DNA from: Ilumatobacteraceae bacterium
GTDB lineage: Bacteria > Actinomycetota > Acidimicrobiia > Acidimicrobiales > Ilumatobacteraceae
NCBI GenBank assembly: GCA_963728355.1
Contig: CAVSJQ010000014.1
Span: 11,953 to 75,952, forward strand
Reading direction: 5' to 3'
DNA: 64,000 bases
Made by a program: the position numbers and the translations under genes. The notes below the pieces were generated by a model, which saw nothing but the letters and a program-made list of their open reading frames with translations, was not told where the DNA came from and made no database searches. Shown piece after piece: positions 8,835-18,253 of this stretch. Every line of letters starts with the position of its first letter. The stretch's first letter is position 1.

Positions 8835-9983
8835 ATGACCGTCCGCGTTCATGTTGAGCCGTCGCTGCTGGAATGGGCCAGCGAGCGCTCTGGCAAGAAC
8901 CCCGACGATCTGAGCCGGCGGGTTCCGCGACTGGCCGCGTGGACCCGGGGCGACGCCCAGCCGACGCTGAAGCAGTTGGAATCCTTTGCACGGGCGACGA
9001 GCACGCCGGTGGGGCTCCTGATGCTGCCCGAGCCACCAGACATGCCGCTTCCCGTCCCGGATTTCAGGACGCTGCCGAATGCAGCCGCTGCTCCGGCAAG
9101 CCCGGATCTGCTCGACACGATCTACCTGTGCGAAGAGCGGCAGGACTGGTATCGAAGCTACGCCTTGGTCAACGACGCGGATCCACTGGATTTCGTCGGT
9201 TCCGCGACGACAGAGGACGATGTCGTTTCCACCGCCGATCGCATGAGGACCAAGCTCGGATTCGACCTCGCGTCCCGCCGCGAGTATTCGAGCTGGACAG
9301 AGGCGCTCGGCAAGCTCAGCGAAAGAGCCGAGGACATCGGCGTTCTCGTGATGATCAGCGGGATCGTCGGCAGCAACACCCACCGAGCGCTCAACCCCGA
9401 TGAGTTTCGTGGCTTTGCCCTGGTCGACGATCTCGCCCCGGTCGTGTTCATCAACGGCGCCGATACCAAGGCGGCTCAGATCTTCACCCTGGCGCATGAG
9501 CTCGTACACATATGGCTCGGGCAGCCAGCGGTGTCCAACCCGCGCCTTGATGTCCGACGCGAGGACCAGCAGGTAGAGCGCTTCTGCAATGCCGTCGCGG
9601 CGGAGCTGCTCGTTCCGTCGGTGCATCTGGAGGGGGAGTTCGATCCGAGCAGACCACTCGCCGATGAGCTGGACCGGCTTGCCCGCCTCTATCGCGTCAG
9701 CACCCTTGTCGTCCTGCGGCGGATCTTCGACGCCGGCCAGTTGTCGTGGAACGAGTACAACGGCGCGTATTCCGAACAGAAGTCCCGACTCGCGCGAGCG
9801 ACGAAGGGCGGCGGGGGGAACTTCTACAACACCCAGCCCGCGCGGACGAGCAAGCGCTTTGCCCACGCCGTGATCGCCGACGCCCTTGAAGGGCGGACGC
9901 TGCATCGGGACGCGTTCCGGCTCCTCGGCGTCCGCCGATACAACACGTTTCGCGAACTCGGACACAGGCTCGGACTTCCGTGA
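8835..9983 (+). CDS. XRE-like HTH + ImmA/IrrE (COG2856) zinc metallopeptidase
   Basis: Start ATG 8835 chosen within ORF 8706-9983. HExxH motif HELVHIWLG. The N-terminal ~70 aa are HTH-like. The stop TGA overlaps the GTG start of the next gene (GTGA). Confidence 0.85.
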   Translation: MTVRVHVEPSLLEWASERSGKNPDDLSRRVPRLAAWTRGDAQPTLKQLESFARATSTPVGLLMLPEPPDMPLPVPDFRTLPNAAAAPASPDLLDTIYLCEERQDWYRSYALVNDADPLDFVGSATTEDDVVSTADRMRTKLGFDLASRREYSSWTEALGKLSERAEDIGVLVMISGIVGSNTHRALNPDEFRGFALVDDLAPVVFINGADTKAAQIFTLAHELVHIWLGQPAVSNPRLDVRREDQQVERFCNAVAAELLVPSVHLEGEFDPSRPLADELDRLARLYRVSTLVVLRRIFDAGQLSWNEYNGAYSEQKSRLARATKGGGGNFYNTQPARTSKRFAHAVIADALEGRTLHRDAFRLLGVRRYNTFRELGHRLGLP

Positions 9984-10468
9984 CGTACCTCCTCGACGCC
10001 AATGTGTTCATCCAGGCCAAGAACCTCCAGTACGGGTTTGACTTCTGCCCGGCATTCTGGGACTGGCTCGACGCGAAATCCCAGGCCGGACAGGTCGGCA
10101 GCATCGAGAAAGTCCTCGACGAGCTGAAGGCCGGGGGAGATGATCTCTCCACCTGGGCGACCGCCCGGCCAGGATTGTTCGCGCAGCCAGACACCCCCGT
10201 CGCGGAGAGCCTTCAGGCAGTCAGCCGGTGGGCGGCATCCGCCCACTACGACCCGGCTGCGGTCAGCACCTTCCTCCAAGACGCCGACTACTACCTCGTC
10301 GCCCACGCGCACGCACATGAACTCACCGTCGTCACGCATGAGGTGCCCGCCAACTCGGTGAAGAAAATCAAGATCCCCAATGCGTGCATCGATCTTCAGA
10401 TCAAGTGCATGAGCCCATACGAGATGCTGCGGGTCGAGCATGCCCGGTTCGTCCTCGGGCGAGCCTAG
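9980..10468 (+). CDS. DUF4411-family PIN-like nuclease
   Basis: 162 aa. N-terminus MTYLLDANVFIQAKN is typical of PIN-like DUF4411. Translationally coupled to the ImmA/IrrE gene. Confidence 0.8.
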   Translation: MTYLLDANVFIQAKNLQYGFDFCPAFWDWLDAKSQAGQVGSIEKVLDELKAGGDDLSTWATARPGLFAQPDTPVAESLQAVSRWAASAHYDPAAVSTFLQDADYYLVAHAHAHELTVVTHEVPANSVKKIKIPNACIDLQIKCMSPYEMLRVEHARFVLGRA

Positions 10469-10494
10469 GAGACAGAGATGGAAGGGTGCGTGGG

Positions 10495-13400
10495 ATGCAG
10501 CTGACTGACGAGCGGCTTCTGCTGTCGGCCTCCGATTTGGTCGACTTCCTCGCCTGCCGGCATCTGACCGCCCTCGAATTCGGACGCGCTCATGGGCGAG
10601 TGGACGATCCTCCGCCACGCGCAGCCGACACCGCCGACTTGGTGGCCAGGAAGGGTGAAGAGTTCGAGCAGCGTCATCTCGAAGCTCTGCGCGCCGAGCA
10701 CGGAGATGCCCTGGTCGAGATCGAGACCGGCTTAGGCTACGACAAGCTCGTCGAGGCCTCCGCGCGCACTCAGGAAGCCATGGAAGCCGGTGCGCCTGTC
10801 GTCTACCAGGCAGCATTCCTCGGCGGCGACTGGATGGGCTACGTCGATTTCCTCGAACGAGTCGCGTCACCATCGAAGCTGGGCGACTGGAGCTACGAGC
10901 CGGCCGACACCAAGCTCGCGCGCTCGCTGAAGCCTTACTTCGTAATCCAGCTCTGCCTCTATGCCGACCTGATCGACGCGGTTCAAGGGCGCAGGCCCGA
11001 CCACATCCACGTGATCCTCGGCAGTGGCGAGCGCCGAACGCTTGCGCACGCTGACTTCCGCTCCTACTTCGCTCGGATGAAAGGGCTCTACCTGGAGACC
11101 CTCGCCAACGGACTCGACGTGACCTATCCCGATCCGGTCGCCCACTGCGAACTATGCAAGTGGGCCGAGCCGTGCGAGCAGCGTAGGGTCTCTGACGATC
11201 ACCTGAGCCTTGTCGCCAAGCTCGGCGGCGCACAGGCGGCCAAGCTGCAGGAGGGCGGGATCGAGACGGTGGAGGCGCTGGCCGCCGTTGAGGTGGATGC
11301 ACGGCCGAATGGCATGGCCGCCGGCACCTTCGAACGGCTGCGTTCCCAGGCGTCACTGCAGACGGAGGAGCGGCAAAGTGGCCAGATCAAGCTGCAGCGC
11401 CGGCGGCCGGAGCCGATCGGCGATGGGCCGCTGCGCGGCTTCGCACGAATGCCCGCCCCTTCCCCGGGCGATGTCTTCTTCGACATCGAGGGGGACCCCT
11501 TCTACGACGAAGGGCTCGAGTACCTGTGGGGCGCCACCTACATCGAGGACGGCGAGCCGACCTTCAAGGCGTTCTGGGGCACGGACAGAGCCGGCGAGAA
11601 GACGGCCTTCGAGGAATTCGTCGACTTCGTGTTTGCGCGGCGCGAGCGCTTCCCCGAGATGCACGTCTACCACTACGCACCATACGAGCGAACCGCGCTA
11701 GCACGAATGATGGGCTTGCACGGCAGCCGCGAGGACGAGGTGGACCGACTGCTGCGCGAGCATGTCCTCGTCGATCTCTATCGGGTTGTCGACCAAGCCC
11801 TGCGGATCTCGCGACCCAGCTACTCGCTGAAGGAGGTCGAGGCTTTCTACGACCAGGGACGCACCGCCGAGGTCAAGCAGGCAGGCGACTCGGTTCTGAT
11901 GTTCGAGCAATGGCTGCAGGAGGACGACGCGGAGCTGCTCTCCAAGATCGAGGAGTACAACAAGGAGGACTGCGATTCGACGCTCCGTCTGCGGGACTGG
12001 CTGATCGAACAACGCGAACTCACCGAACGAGAGCACGGCGTGCAGCTCCCGTGGCGACTGCCGGGACAACCAACCGAGCCCGACGAGGACGAGACGGATG
12101 TACTTGGCGAAACGGTAGAGCTTCAGGAAGCCTTGCTCAAGGACGTTCCCGCGGACCCCGACGAGCGCAGCGACGATCAGCGCGAGGCCTGGCTCCTAGC
12201 CCAACTGCTCGACTACCACCGGCGTGAGGCAAAGCCCGCATGGTGGCAGTGGTTCGAACGCCTCGAGCGAACCTCGGCCGAGCTGGCGGAGTTCGATTCG
12301 GAGGCGATCGGGGAGCTGAACCCGATCGGCGAGGCCGTGGCGCTGCCGAAGCCGTCGCGGTCCTTCGTCCAGCGCTTTTCTTTCCCCGCGCAAGACCACA
12401 AGGTCCGCGCCGGAAAGTTCGCCGATCCTCATAGCTGCGGCATCGATCCAGAGACGGGCGAGTCCGACCACAAAGCGAAAACCGTCGATGTGCTCGATGT
12501 CAACGACGCCGCTGGAGAGCTCCGCCTGAAGCTCAGCAAAGCCCGACTCGAAGACCCGCCGAAGGCGCTGATCCCCGGCAGGCCCTACGGGACCAACGAG
12601 CAGCGAGGCGCTCTGCGTGACATCGCCACCGACGCGATCGCGAGCGACGGCGGCGAATTCTCACGCTTCAAGGCGGCTGACGACATTCTCGGCCGCCGCC
12701 TCCCCCGCACTTCCGCAGTCGCCAATGGCGATGCACTCCAGGGCGAGGAGGCGAACCTTGAGCAGATCAAGCGGGTCGCGGCCGGACTCGAAGAAAGCTA
12801 TCTCTTCATTCAAGGCCCTCCCGGCTCGGGCAAGACGTACACCGGCGCGCATGTAATCCTCGACCTGATCGCCGGTGGCAAGCGCGTCGGTGTGACCTCC
12901 AACAGCCACAAGGCGATCAACAACATCCTCGCCGAGGTCGAACGGTTCGCCCGCGCAGACAAGGTCGCCGTTCGCGGCCTCAAGAAGTGGTCCTCAAGCG
13001 ATCAGGAATACACCCCGCCGGACGCGGATGACGGGGATCCTATGATCGGCAACTCGAAGGACAACGCCGCCTTCGGGCCCAATGCGGAGCTCGATTTGAT
13101 GGCCGGAACCGCCTGGCTGTGGTGCCGCGAGGAGATGCGGCAATCGGTCGACTATCTCGTCGTCGACGAGGCAGGGCAGATCTCGCTGGCGGACGCGCTG
13201 GCGCTCTCCACCGCGGGTACCAACCTGATCCTGCTCGGCGACCCCCAGCAACTCGCCCAGGTGAGCCAGGGGACCCACCCCCCGGGCTCCGGCGTCTCGG
13301 TCCTCGAGCACCTGCTCGGCGACCACAGCACGATCCCAGCCGAGCGCGGCATCTTCCTCGAGCACTCGCGGCGGATGCACCCCGACGTCTGCGACTTCGT

Positions 13401-13980
13401 CTCCGAGGCGATCTACGAAGGGCGTCTGCGCGCAGCACCGGGCTGCGAGCGACAGCGTGTAGACGCGCCGGGCTCTCTGACCGGAACCGGCGTCCGGTCG
13501 ACCCCCATCGAGCACAGCGGCAACTCGCGCCAGTCACCCGAGGAGGCCGAGCGAATCGCCGTCGAGATTGCCGACCTTTTGGAGGGGCGATACACGAACA
13601 AGGACGGCGAACAAGGCGCTCTCACCCAAAGCGAGATCATGGTCGTTGCCCCCTACAACGCGCAGGTCCGGGCCATCCGCAGCCAACTCGACTCCCAGGG
13701 CTATACCGAAGTAGCGGTCGGCACGGTCGACAAGTTCCAGGGGCAGGAGGCCGCAGTCGTCTTCTTCTCGATGGCTACCTCCTCCGGCGCCGAGATCCCC
13801 CGCAACGTCGACTTCCTCTACTCCCGCAATCGCCTCAACGTCGCCGTCTCTCGCGCCCGCTGCCTTGCCGTCCTGGTGGCCAGCCCGGCGCTGATGACCA
13901 TCGAGTGCGACACGGTCGAGCAAATGCGCCTTGTGAACGCGCTCTGTCTTCTCGACGAGTTGGGATCGAACAGCGATTAG
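10495..13980 (+). CDS. RecB/Cas4-like PD-(D/E)xK nuclease + RNaseH-like exonuclease fold + SF1 Upf1/Dna2-like helicase (TM0106-type nuclease-helicase)
   Basis: ATG 10495 within ORF 10384-13980, 1161 aa. N-terminal Cys (DFLACRH) plus CELCKWAEPC (C...CxxCx5C). GYVDFLE...YEPADTKLA nuclease core. FFDIEGDPFY...HYAPYE...NKEDCDS. Helicase motifs GPPGSGKTY, VVDEAGQ, DKFQGQE and NVAVSRAR. Confidence 0.85.
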   Translation: MQLTDERLLLSASDLVDFLACRHLTALEFGRAHGRVDDPPPRAADTADLVARKGEEFEQRHLEALRAEHGDALVEIETGLGYDKLVEASARTQEAMEAGAPVVYQAAFLGGDWMGYVDFLERVASPSKLGDWSYEPADTKLARSLKPYFVIQLCLYADLIDAVQGRRPDHIHVILGSGERRTLAHADFRSYFARMKGLYLETLANGLDVTYPDPVAHCELCKWAEPCEQRRVSDDHLSLVAKLGGAQAAKLQEGGIETVEALAAVEVDARPNGMAAGTFERLRSQASLQTEERQSGQIKLQRRRPEPIGDGPLRGFARMPAPSPGDVFFDIEGDPFYDEGLEYLWGATYIEDGEPTFKAFWGTDRAGEKTAFEEFVDFVFARRERFPEMHVYHYAPYERTALARMMGLHGSREDEVDRLLREHVLVDLYRVVDQALRISRPSYSLKEVEAFYDQGRTAEVKQAGDSVLMFEQWLQEDDAELLSKIEEYNKEDCDSTLRLRDWLIEQRELTEREHGVQLPWRLPGQPTEPDEDETDVLGETVELQEALLKDVPADPDERSDDQREAWLLAQLLDYHRREAKPAWWQWFERLERTSAELAEFDSEAIGELNPIGEAVALPKPSRSFVQRFSFPAQDHKVRAGKFADPHSCGIDPETGESDHKAKTVDVLDVNDAAGELRLKLSKARLEDPPKALIPGRPYGTNEQRGALRDIATDAIASDGGEFSRFKAADDILGRRLPRTSAVANGDALQGEEANLEQIKRVAAGLEESYLFIQGPPGSGKTYTGAHVILDLIAGGKRVGVTSNSHKAINNILAEVERFARADKVAVRGLKKWSSSDQEYTPPDADDGDPMIGNSKDNAAFGPNAELDLMAGTAWLWCREEMRQSVDYLVVDEAGQISLADALALSTAGTNLILLGDPQQLAQVSQGTHPPGSGVSVLEHLLGDHSTIPAERGIFLEHSRRMHPDVCDFVSEAIYEGRLRAAPGCERQRVDAPGSLTGTGVRSTPIEHSGNSRQSPEEAERIAVEIADLLEGRYTNKDGEQGALTQSEIMVVAPYNAQVRAIRSQLDSQGYTEVAVGTVDKFQGQEAAVVFFSMATSSGAEIPRNVDFLYSRNRLNVAVSRARCLAVLVASPALMTIECDTVEQMRLVNALCLLDELGSNSD

Positions 13981-14004
13981 GCCTGTCGACTGGCCTGGCT
14001 CTGA

Positions 14005-14307
14005 CTACGGCACCCAGCGGGCGTTGGTCAGCTCGTGGCGGTACTGGCCAGTCGCCAGATAGGCGCGGAGGCGGCGGTCGGGGACGAGCGGCCTGATCTT
14101 GCGGATCGCCCGTGCCGGCGTCCGCTCCTCGGTCGCGTAGACGCGACGGTAGTCCGGCGAGTCGGGGCCGGCCTCGGGATCGGTGGCGAAGACGAGGAAG
14201 CCGCGCCGTTCGGAGCGGGCGCGGTTCGCCTTGGCGATCCGACCCTGCTCGCGCTCCAGCTCCTCAGCCCAGGCGAAGAGGTCTATCTGCGTTGCGGGTT
14301 GGGCCAT
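14005..14307 (-). CDS. hypothetical 100-aa protein, translationally coupled to the 3' end of res
   Basis: ATG at 14307-14305 shares one base with the res TAA stop (TAATG). I recognise no motif in it. Confidence 0.5.
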   Translation of the reverse strand: MAQPATQIDLFAWAEELEREQGRIAKANRARSERRGFLVFATDPEAGPDSPDYRRVYATEERTPARAIRKIRPLVPDRRLRAYLATGQYRHELTNARWVP

Positions 14308-16419
14308 TAGGAATCTTGTACCACGTCATCCGGTTGTCCTTGCCGAGCTTCTGCAAATCGGCACAAAGCCTCGACACTCTCTCCTGTAAAGACGTCGAAG
14401 GCGTCTTGATCGACCCGCACATATGTCCACTGGCGGCCGGTGAGCCGCGCCGCGTCCCGGCACCAGCGCCGCGCCCGCTTGTCCTTGAACGGCACGTCTG
14501 GATCGCGAAGCCCCTTCGTCTCGACCAGCAGGCAGGACTCATCGGCGAGCCGCACGACGAAGTCGGGGTAGTAGTAGCGCAGCGCGCCGTTCTCGGCGAT
14601 GTACTCCAACGCGAAGCGGCCGAAGACCGGCAGCTTGGCGAAGGCGGCGACGTCGTCGGCCCGGTCGAGGAACAGCGCAAAGCGCCGCTCCAGGTCGTTG
14701 TCGACCGCCGTCAGGTTGAAGACGGTGCGCTCGCACTCGACCGTGGTCCGCGACCAGGAGAACGGCGGCGTCTCGGTCATCTTGATCGCTGTCTCGGTGA
14801 TCGTCGCCTCGCGCTCGGTCAACCGCAACCCGCGGATCGCATCGGCGAACGCCTGCTTGACCAGCTCCTGCGCGTCGTTCTCGGCCAGGCGGCGCAATAC
14901 GACTTTGTCGTCAAGCTCGACCGGCTCCGCGAAGATCCGTCGCTCCAGGTAGCTACGCACGAGCGGCGCCAGCGCGGCGAAGGCACCCGATACGCCGGCC
15001 AATCCCCCGACCTCGCAGACGCGTTTCGTGTAGTAGGAGATCATCCCGGAAGGGTCCTCCGCATACGGCACCTCGAACTCGTATTCCTCGATGATGCCCT
15101 TGTCGATCAGCTGCCGGCCCCGGTATTGGATGTACTCGTCGGGCTCGACCTTGGGAACCTCAAGCGACGTCGGCGGTGGCGCGATCGAATCGAGGTCGAG
15201 CTGCTCGAAGGGAAGCTCCTGCAAGCTCAGCGATCGGGTCAGGACCGGGATGGAAATCTCGAACTTCCTCTTCCCCTCGTCTGGATAGATCGCGACCGCG
15301 TTCGCACCGATCTTCTCGACCTCTTCGCGCTCGACGACGAGGCCGCCATCGAGCTCCTTGTCCCAGAGATCGCGAAACGCCTCGTGCTCGATCACAACCA
15401 CGCGCTCGTCGAAACCCGAGCCCGGTGGCGTCATCCGCCGCAGGCCTCGACCGAGCGCCTGCTCGGGCAGGATTTTCGCTTTCGCGGTGAGGCTGCGCAG
15501 GGTGACGATCACGCTGACGTTGCGCACGTCCCACCCCTCGCGGAGCATCAACACGCTGACGATGCAGCGCACCGGGCTCTCGTTGCCGTCGATGTCGCGC
15601 GCGGCCCGGCGCGCGATGTCGAGATCGGCTTTGGTGATCTCGCCGTCGCGCTTCGTGTGGATGACGAGCAGTTTGTCGCCGGCGAAGTCGGGCAACTGCC
15701 GTAGGTAGTCGCCAACCTCGTCGGCCGCTTGCGTGTTCTCGCACATCACGAACAGGACAGGGCGCTTGCCCGATGGCGAGAGGTCCTCGTCGAACTTGCG
15801 CCAGCGGCCGACCGCTGCGTCGATCCAGCGCCGGTAGCGCTGCACCGCCGAGTCACCCAGCTCCGGCTCAGCCCCGCGCAGCTCACCGATCACCGGCGTC
15901 TTGACGATCCCGTCCTCCACCGCCTCGGCGAGCGGGTAGTCGACGACGACGTGGCGGAATGCCCGACCTTTCTGGTCCTTCGGCGTTGCGGAAAAGTCCA
16001 GCTGGCCGACCACACCTGCCCCTTCATCGCCTTGCGCCTTCTCTTGCAGCGTTTCGTGGAGCCTCTCGATCGACTCGCTCCATTTCAGCTTGTCGGACCA
16101 GACGTGGTGAGCCTCGTCGTTGACCACCATCACCCGCTCCCGGCCCGCGATCCGCTGGAACAGTTCCTCGGCCGAGCTGCCGCCCCCCTCGGTGACCCGC
16201 GGCCCGACCATCGCCTCGACCGGGTTGGGGTCGGTGTCCTTCTTGCGCTTCGGGGGCTCGTAGAGCCGCTGCACGTTGGTCAGGAACAGAGCTCCCGGCG
16301 TCGTGATCGGGACCAGCTCATCCTGAAGGACGACCGTGAGCTGGAAGTCATCCTCCCACTCCGGCGGGATCAGCGGATCGCGGCGGAACGTGGCCGCGTC
16401 GCCGAAGTCGCTCTTCAAC
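14307..16419 (-). pseudogene. res: Type III restriction enzyme Res subunit, C-terminal fragment (IS-disrupted)
   Basis: Contains helicase motif II VVNDEAHH and the C-terminal endonuclease motif YYPDFVV...LVETKG. The reading frame continues from fragment 17744-18253 once the IS is removed. Confidence 0.85.
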
Positions 16420-16500
16420 TGGCATGACCCCCTGAAATCGGTCCGACCCTTGTGAGAGTCCTACCGGCCCGCGAAACTGGGCCAAGGAGGACCGACGCAA

Positions 16501-16779
16501 GTGAAGAGAAGGCGACACACCCCCGAGCAGATCATCCGCAAGCTCAGGGAGGCCGAGCGGATGCTCGGCGAAGGCAGGGGAGTGGCGGAGGTCGCGAAGG
16601 AGCTGGGGGTCTCCGAGCAGACCTTCCACCGCTGGCGCAACCAGTACGGCGGGATGAAGGCCGCCGACGTCAAGCGGCTGAAGGAGCTCGAGCGCGAGAA
16701 CCGCGAGCTGAAGCAGATCGTCGCCGACAAGGAGCTGGAAGTCCGCGCCCACAAGGAGATCTCGGCGGGAAACTTCTGA
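16501..16779 (+). CDS. IS3-family transposase OrfA (HTH)
   Basis: 92 aa, MKRRRHTPEQIIRKLREAE...VSEQTFHRWRNQYGG, with a leucine-zipper-like tail. Ends just after the slippery heptamer G GGA AAC (16767-16773). Confidence 0.85.
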   Translation: MKRRRHTPEQIIRKLREAERMLGEGRGVAEVAKELGVSEQTFHRWRNQYGGMKAADVKRLKELERENRELKQIVADKELEVRAHKEISAGNF

Positions 16780-17729
16780 GCCCAGACCGCCGGCGCCAGG
16801 CGGTCGCGATGCTCTGCGACCGCCTCGGCGTCAGCGAGCGCTGGGCATGCCAGGTGGCGGGGCAGCATCGCTCCACGCAGCGCTACGAGCCGAAGGCCGC
16901 CGAGGACGACGCCGCCCTGCGCTCCGCCCTGCGCAAGATCTCCGAAGAGAAGCCCCGCTGGGGCTACCGCCGCGCCCATGCCCGCCTCCTCGGAGAGGGC
17001 TGGAGCGTCAACAAGAAGCGCGTGCAGCGGATCTGGCGCGAGGAGGGCCTGCGGGTGCCGAAGCGCAAGCGAAAGCGCGCCCGGCTGGGCGACAACGCTG
17101 ACGGCAGGCGCCTCCGCGCCGAGCGCCCCGACCACGTCTGGGCGCTCGACTTCCAGTCCGACGAGACGGCCGACGGCCGCCAGATCCGCATCTTGAACGT
17201 CGTCGACGAGTTCACCCGCGAGGCGCTCGCCGGCGAGGTGGCTCGCTCGATCACCGCCGAGGACACGGTCGCCGTGCTCGAGCGCCTCGTCGCCATGCGC
17301 GGAACCGCTCCCTGCCACATCCGCTGCGACAACGGCCCCGAGCTGATCGCCCACGCCCTGCGCGACTGGTGTCGCCTCAACGCCACCGCCACCGCCTACA
17401 TCGAGCCCGGCTCCCCCTGGCAGAACCCCTTCATCGAGTCTTTCAACGGCCGCGCCCGCGACGAGGTGCTCGACGTCGAGCTGTTTCACAGCCTGGCCGA
17501 GGCCGAGGTGATCCTCGCCGACTGGATCTCCGCCTACAACACCGAACACCCGCACTCGGCGCTGGGGATGCTGCCGCCGGCCCGCTTCGCGGAGCGTTGG
17601 CGGGAGGAGAACGGCGCCCCGTCGCCTCGCTCCGATCGCCCTACGGGCTCACTCCGCGAGGCGACGGTCGACCCCGCTACCGTGCAAGCGGATACCGACC
17701 ACGAACTCTCACTGAGGGTGGACCGGTAA
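16767..17729 (+). CDS. IS3-family transposase OrfB (DDE integrase core), expressed as OrfAB by -1 frameshift
   Basis: This frame is -1 relative to orfA. DDE residues sit in WALDFQSD, IRCDNGPE and ESFNGRARDE. The part of ORF 16452-17729 upstream of 16767 is not coding. Confidence 0.8.
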   Translation, partial: GKLLSPDRRRQAVAMLCDRLGVSERWACQVAGQHRSTQRYEPKAAEDDAALRSALRKISEEKPRWGYRRAHARLLGEGWSVNKKRVQRIWREEGLRVPKRKRKRARLGDNADGRRLRAERPDHVWALDFQSDETADGRQIRILNVVDEFTREALAGEVARSITAEDTVAVLERLVAMRGTAPCHIRCDNGPELIAHALRDWCRLNATATAYIEPGSPWQNPFIESFNGRARDEVLDVELFHSLAEAEVILADWISAYNTEHPHSALGMLPPARFAERWREENGAPSPRSDRPTGSLREATVDPATVQADTDHELSLRVDR

Positions 17730-17743
17730 ATGGGGGCCTTCCA

Positions 17744-18253
17744 CAACCGCTCGAAGACGATCACGTTGGGCGCGATGACGAGGAAGCTCGTCGCCATCGG
17801 CGAGCCTAGCTCGCGGCGGGCGTGGAAGTAGGACCACGTGACGCAGAGGCTCATCGCCATCGTCTTGCCGGACCCGGTCGCCATCTTCATCGCCAAGCGC
17901 TGGCGCTTGCTCTCGGCCGGGTCGATCATCAGTGGAGCCTGCGCGTACTCGATCAGGTCGGAGAACGTGCCGGCGCGCTTGATCTCGGAGAGGTAGATGA
18001 ACGTCTCGACCGCCTCGCGCTGGCAGAAGAAGAACCGAAACGGCTCCCCGGTCGGGCGCCGGTGGTCTTCCTCGAACCAAAAGCGAAGCAGGCGCTGCGT
18101 GGTCTCGCTTGCGCCCGGATAGCCGTTGGCGCGCCAGGCGTCTACTGCGGCGCGGACTCCGTCTACGAGATGGGTTCCTTCGCTTGGCCTGCGATGGATT
18201 CGGACCCCATAGGGATCGGGCTCGGCGCCTGGGGTCGCGGCGCCATCGGTCAT
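17744..18253 (-). pseudogene. res: Type III Res subunit, N-terminal fragment (170 codons)
   Basis: ATG 18253 overlaps the mod stop (ATGA). Helicase motif I MATGSGKTM. Ends ...VIAPNVIVFERL at the IS junction. Confidence 0.85.

Larger units (their letters stand above)
16420..17743 (+). mobile_element. IS3-family insertion sequence (1324 bp) inserted in res
   Basis: Imperfect terminal inverted repeats TGGCATGACCCCCTGAAATCGGTCCGACCC versus the reverse complement of the right end, TGGAAGGCCCCCATTTACCGGTCCACCC. 4-bp direct repeat CAAC at 16416-16419 and 17744-17747. orfA/orfB organisation. Confidence 0.85.

Noticed and set aside
16452-16766. Upstream part of the 425-aa ORF in the IS3 element
   Set aside because: It overlaps orfA out of frame. 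IS3 biology explains the arrangement by a -1 frameshift rather than an independent long ORF.
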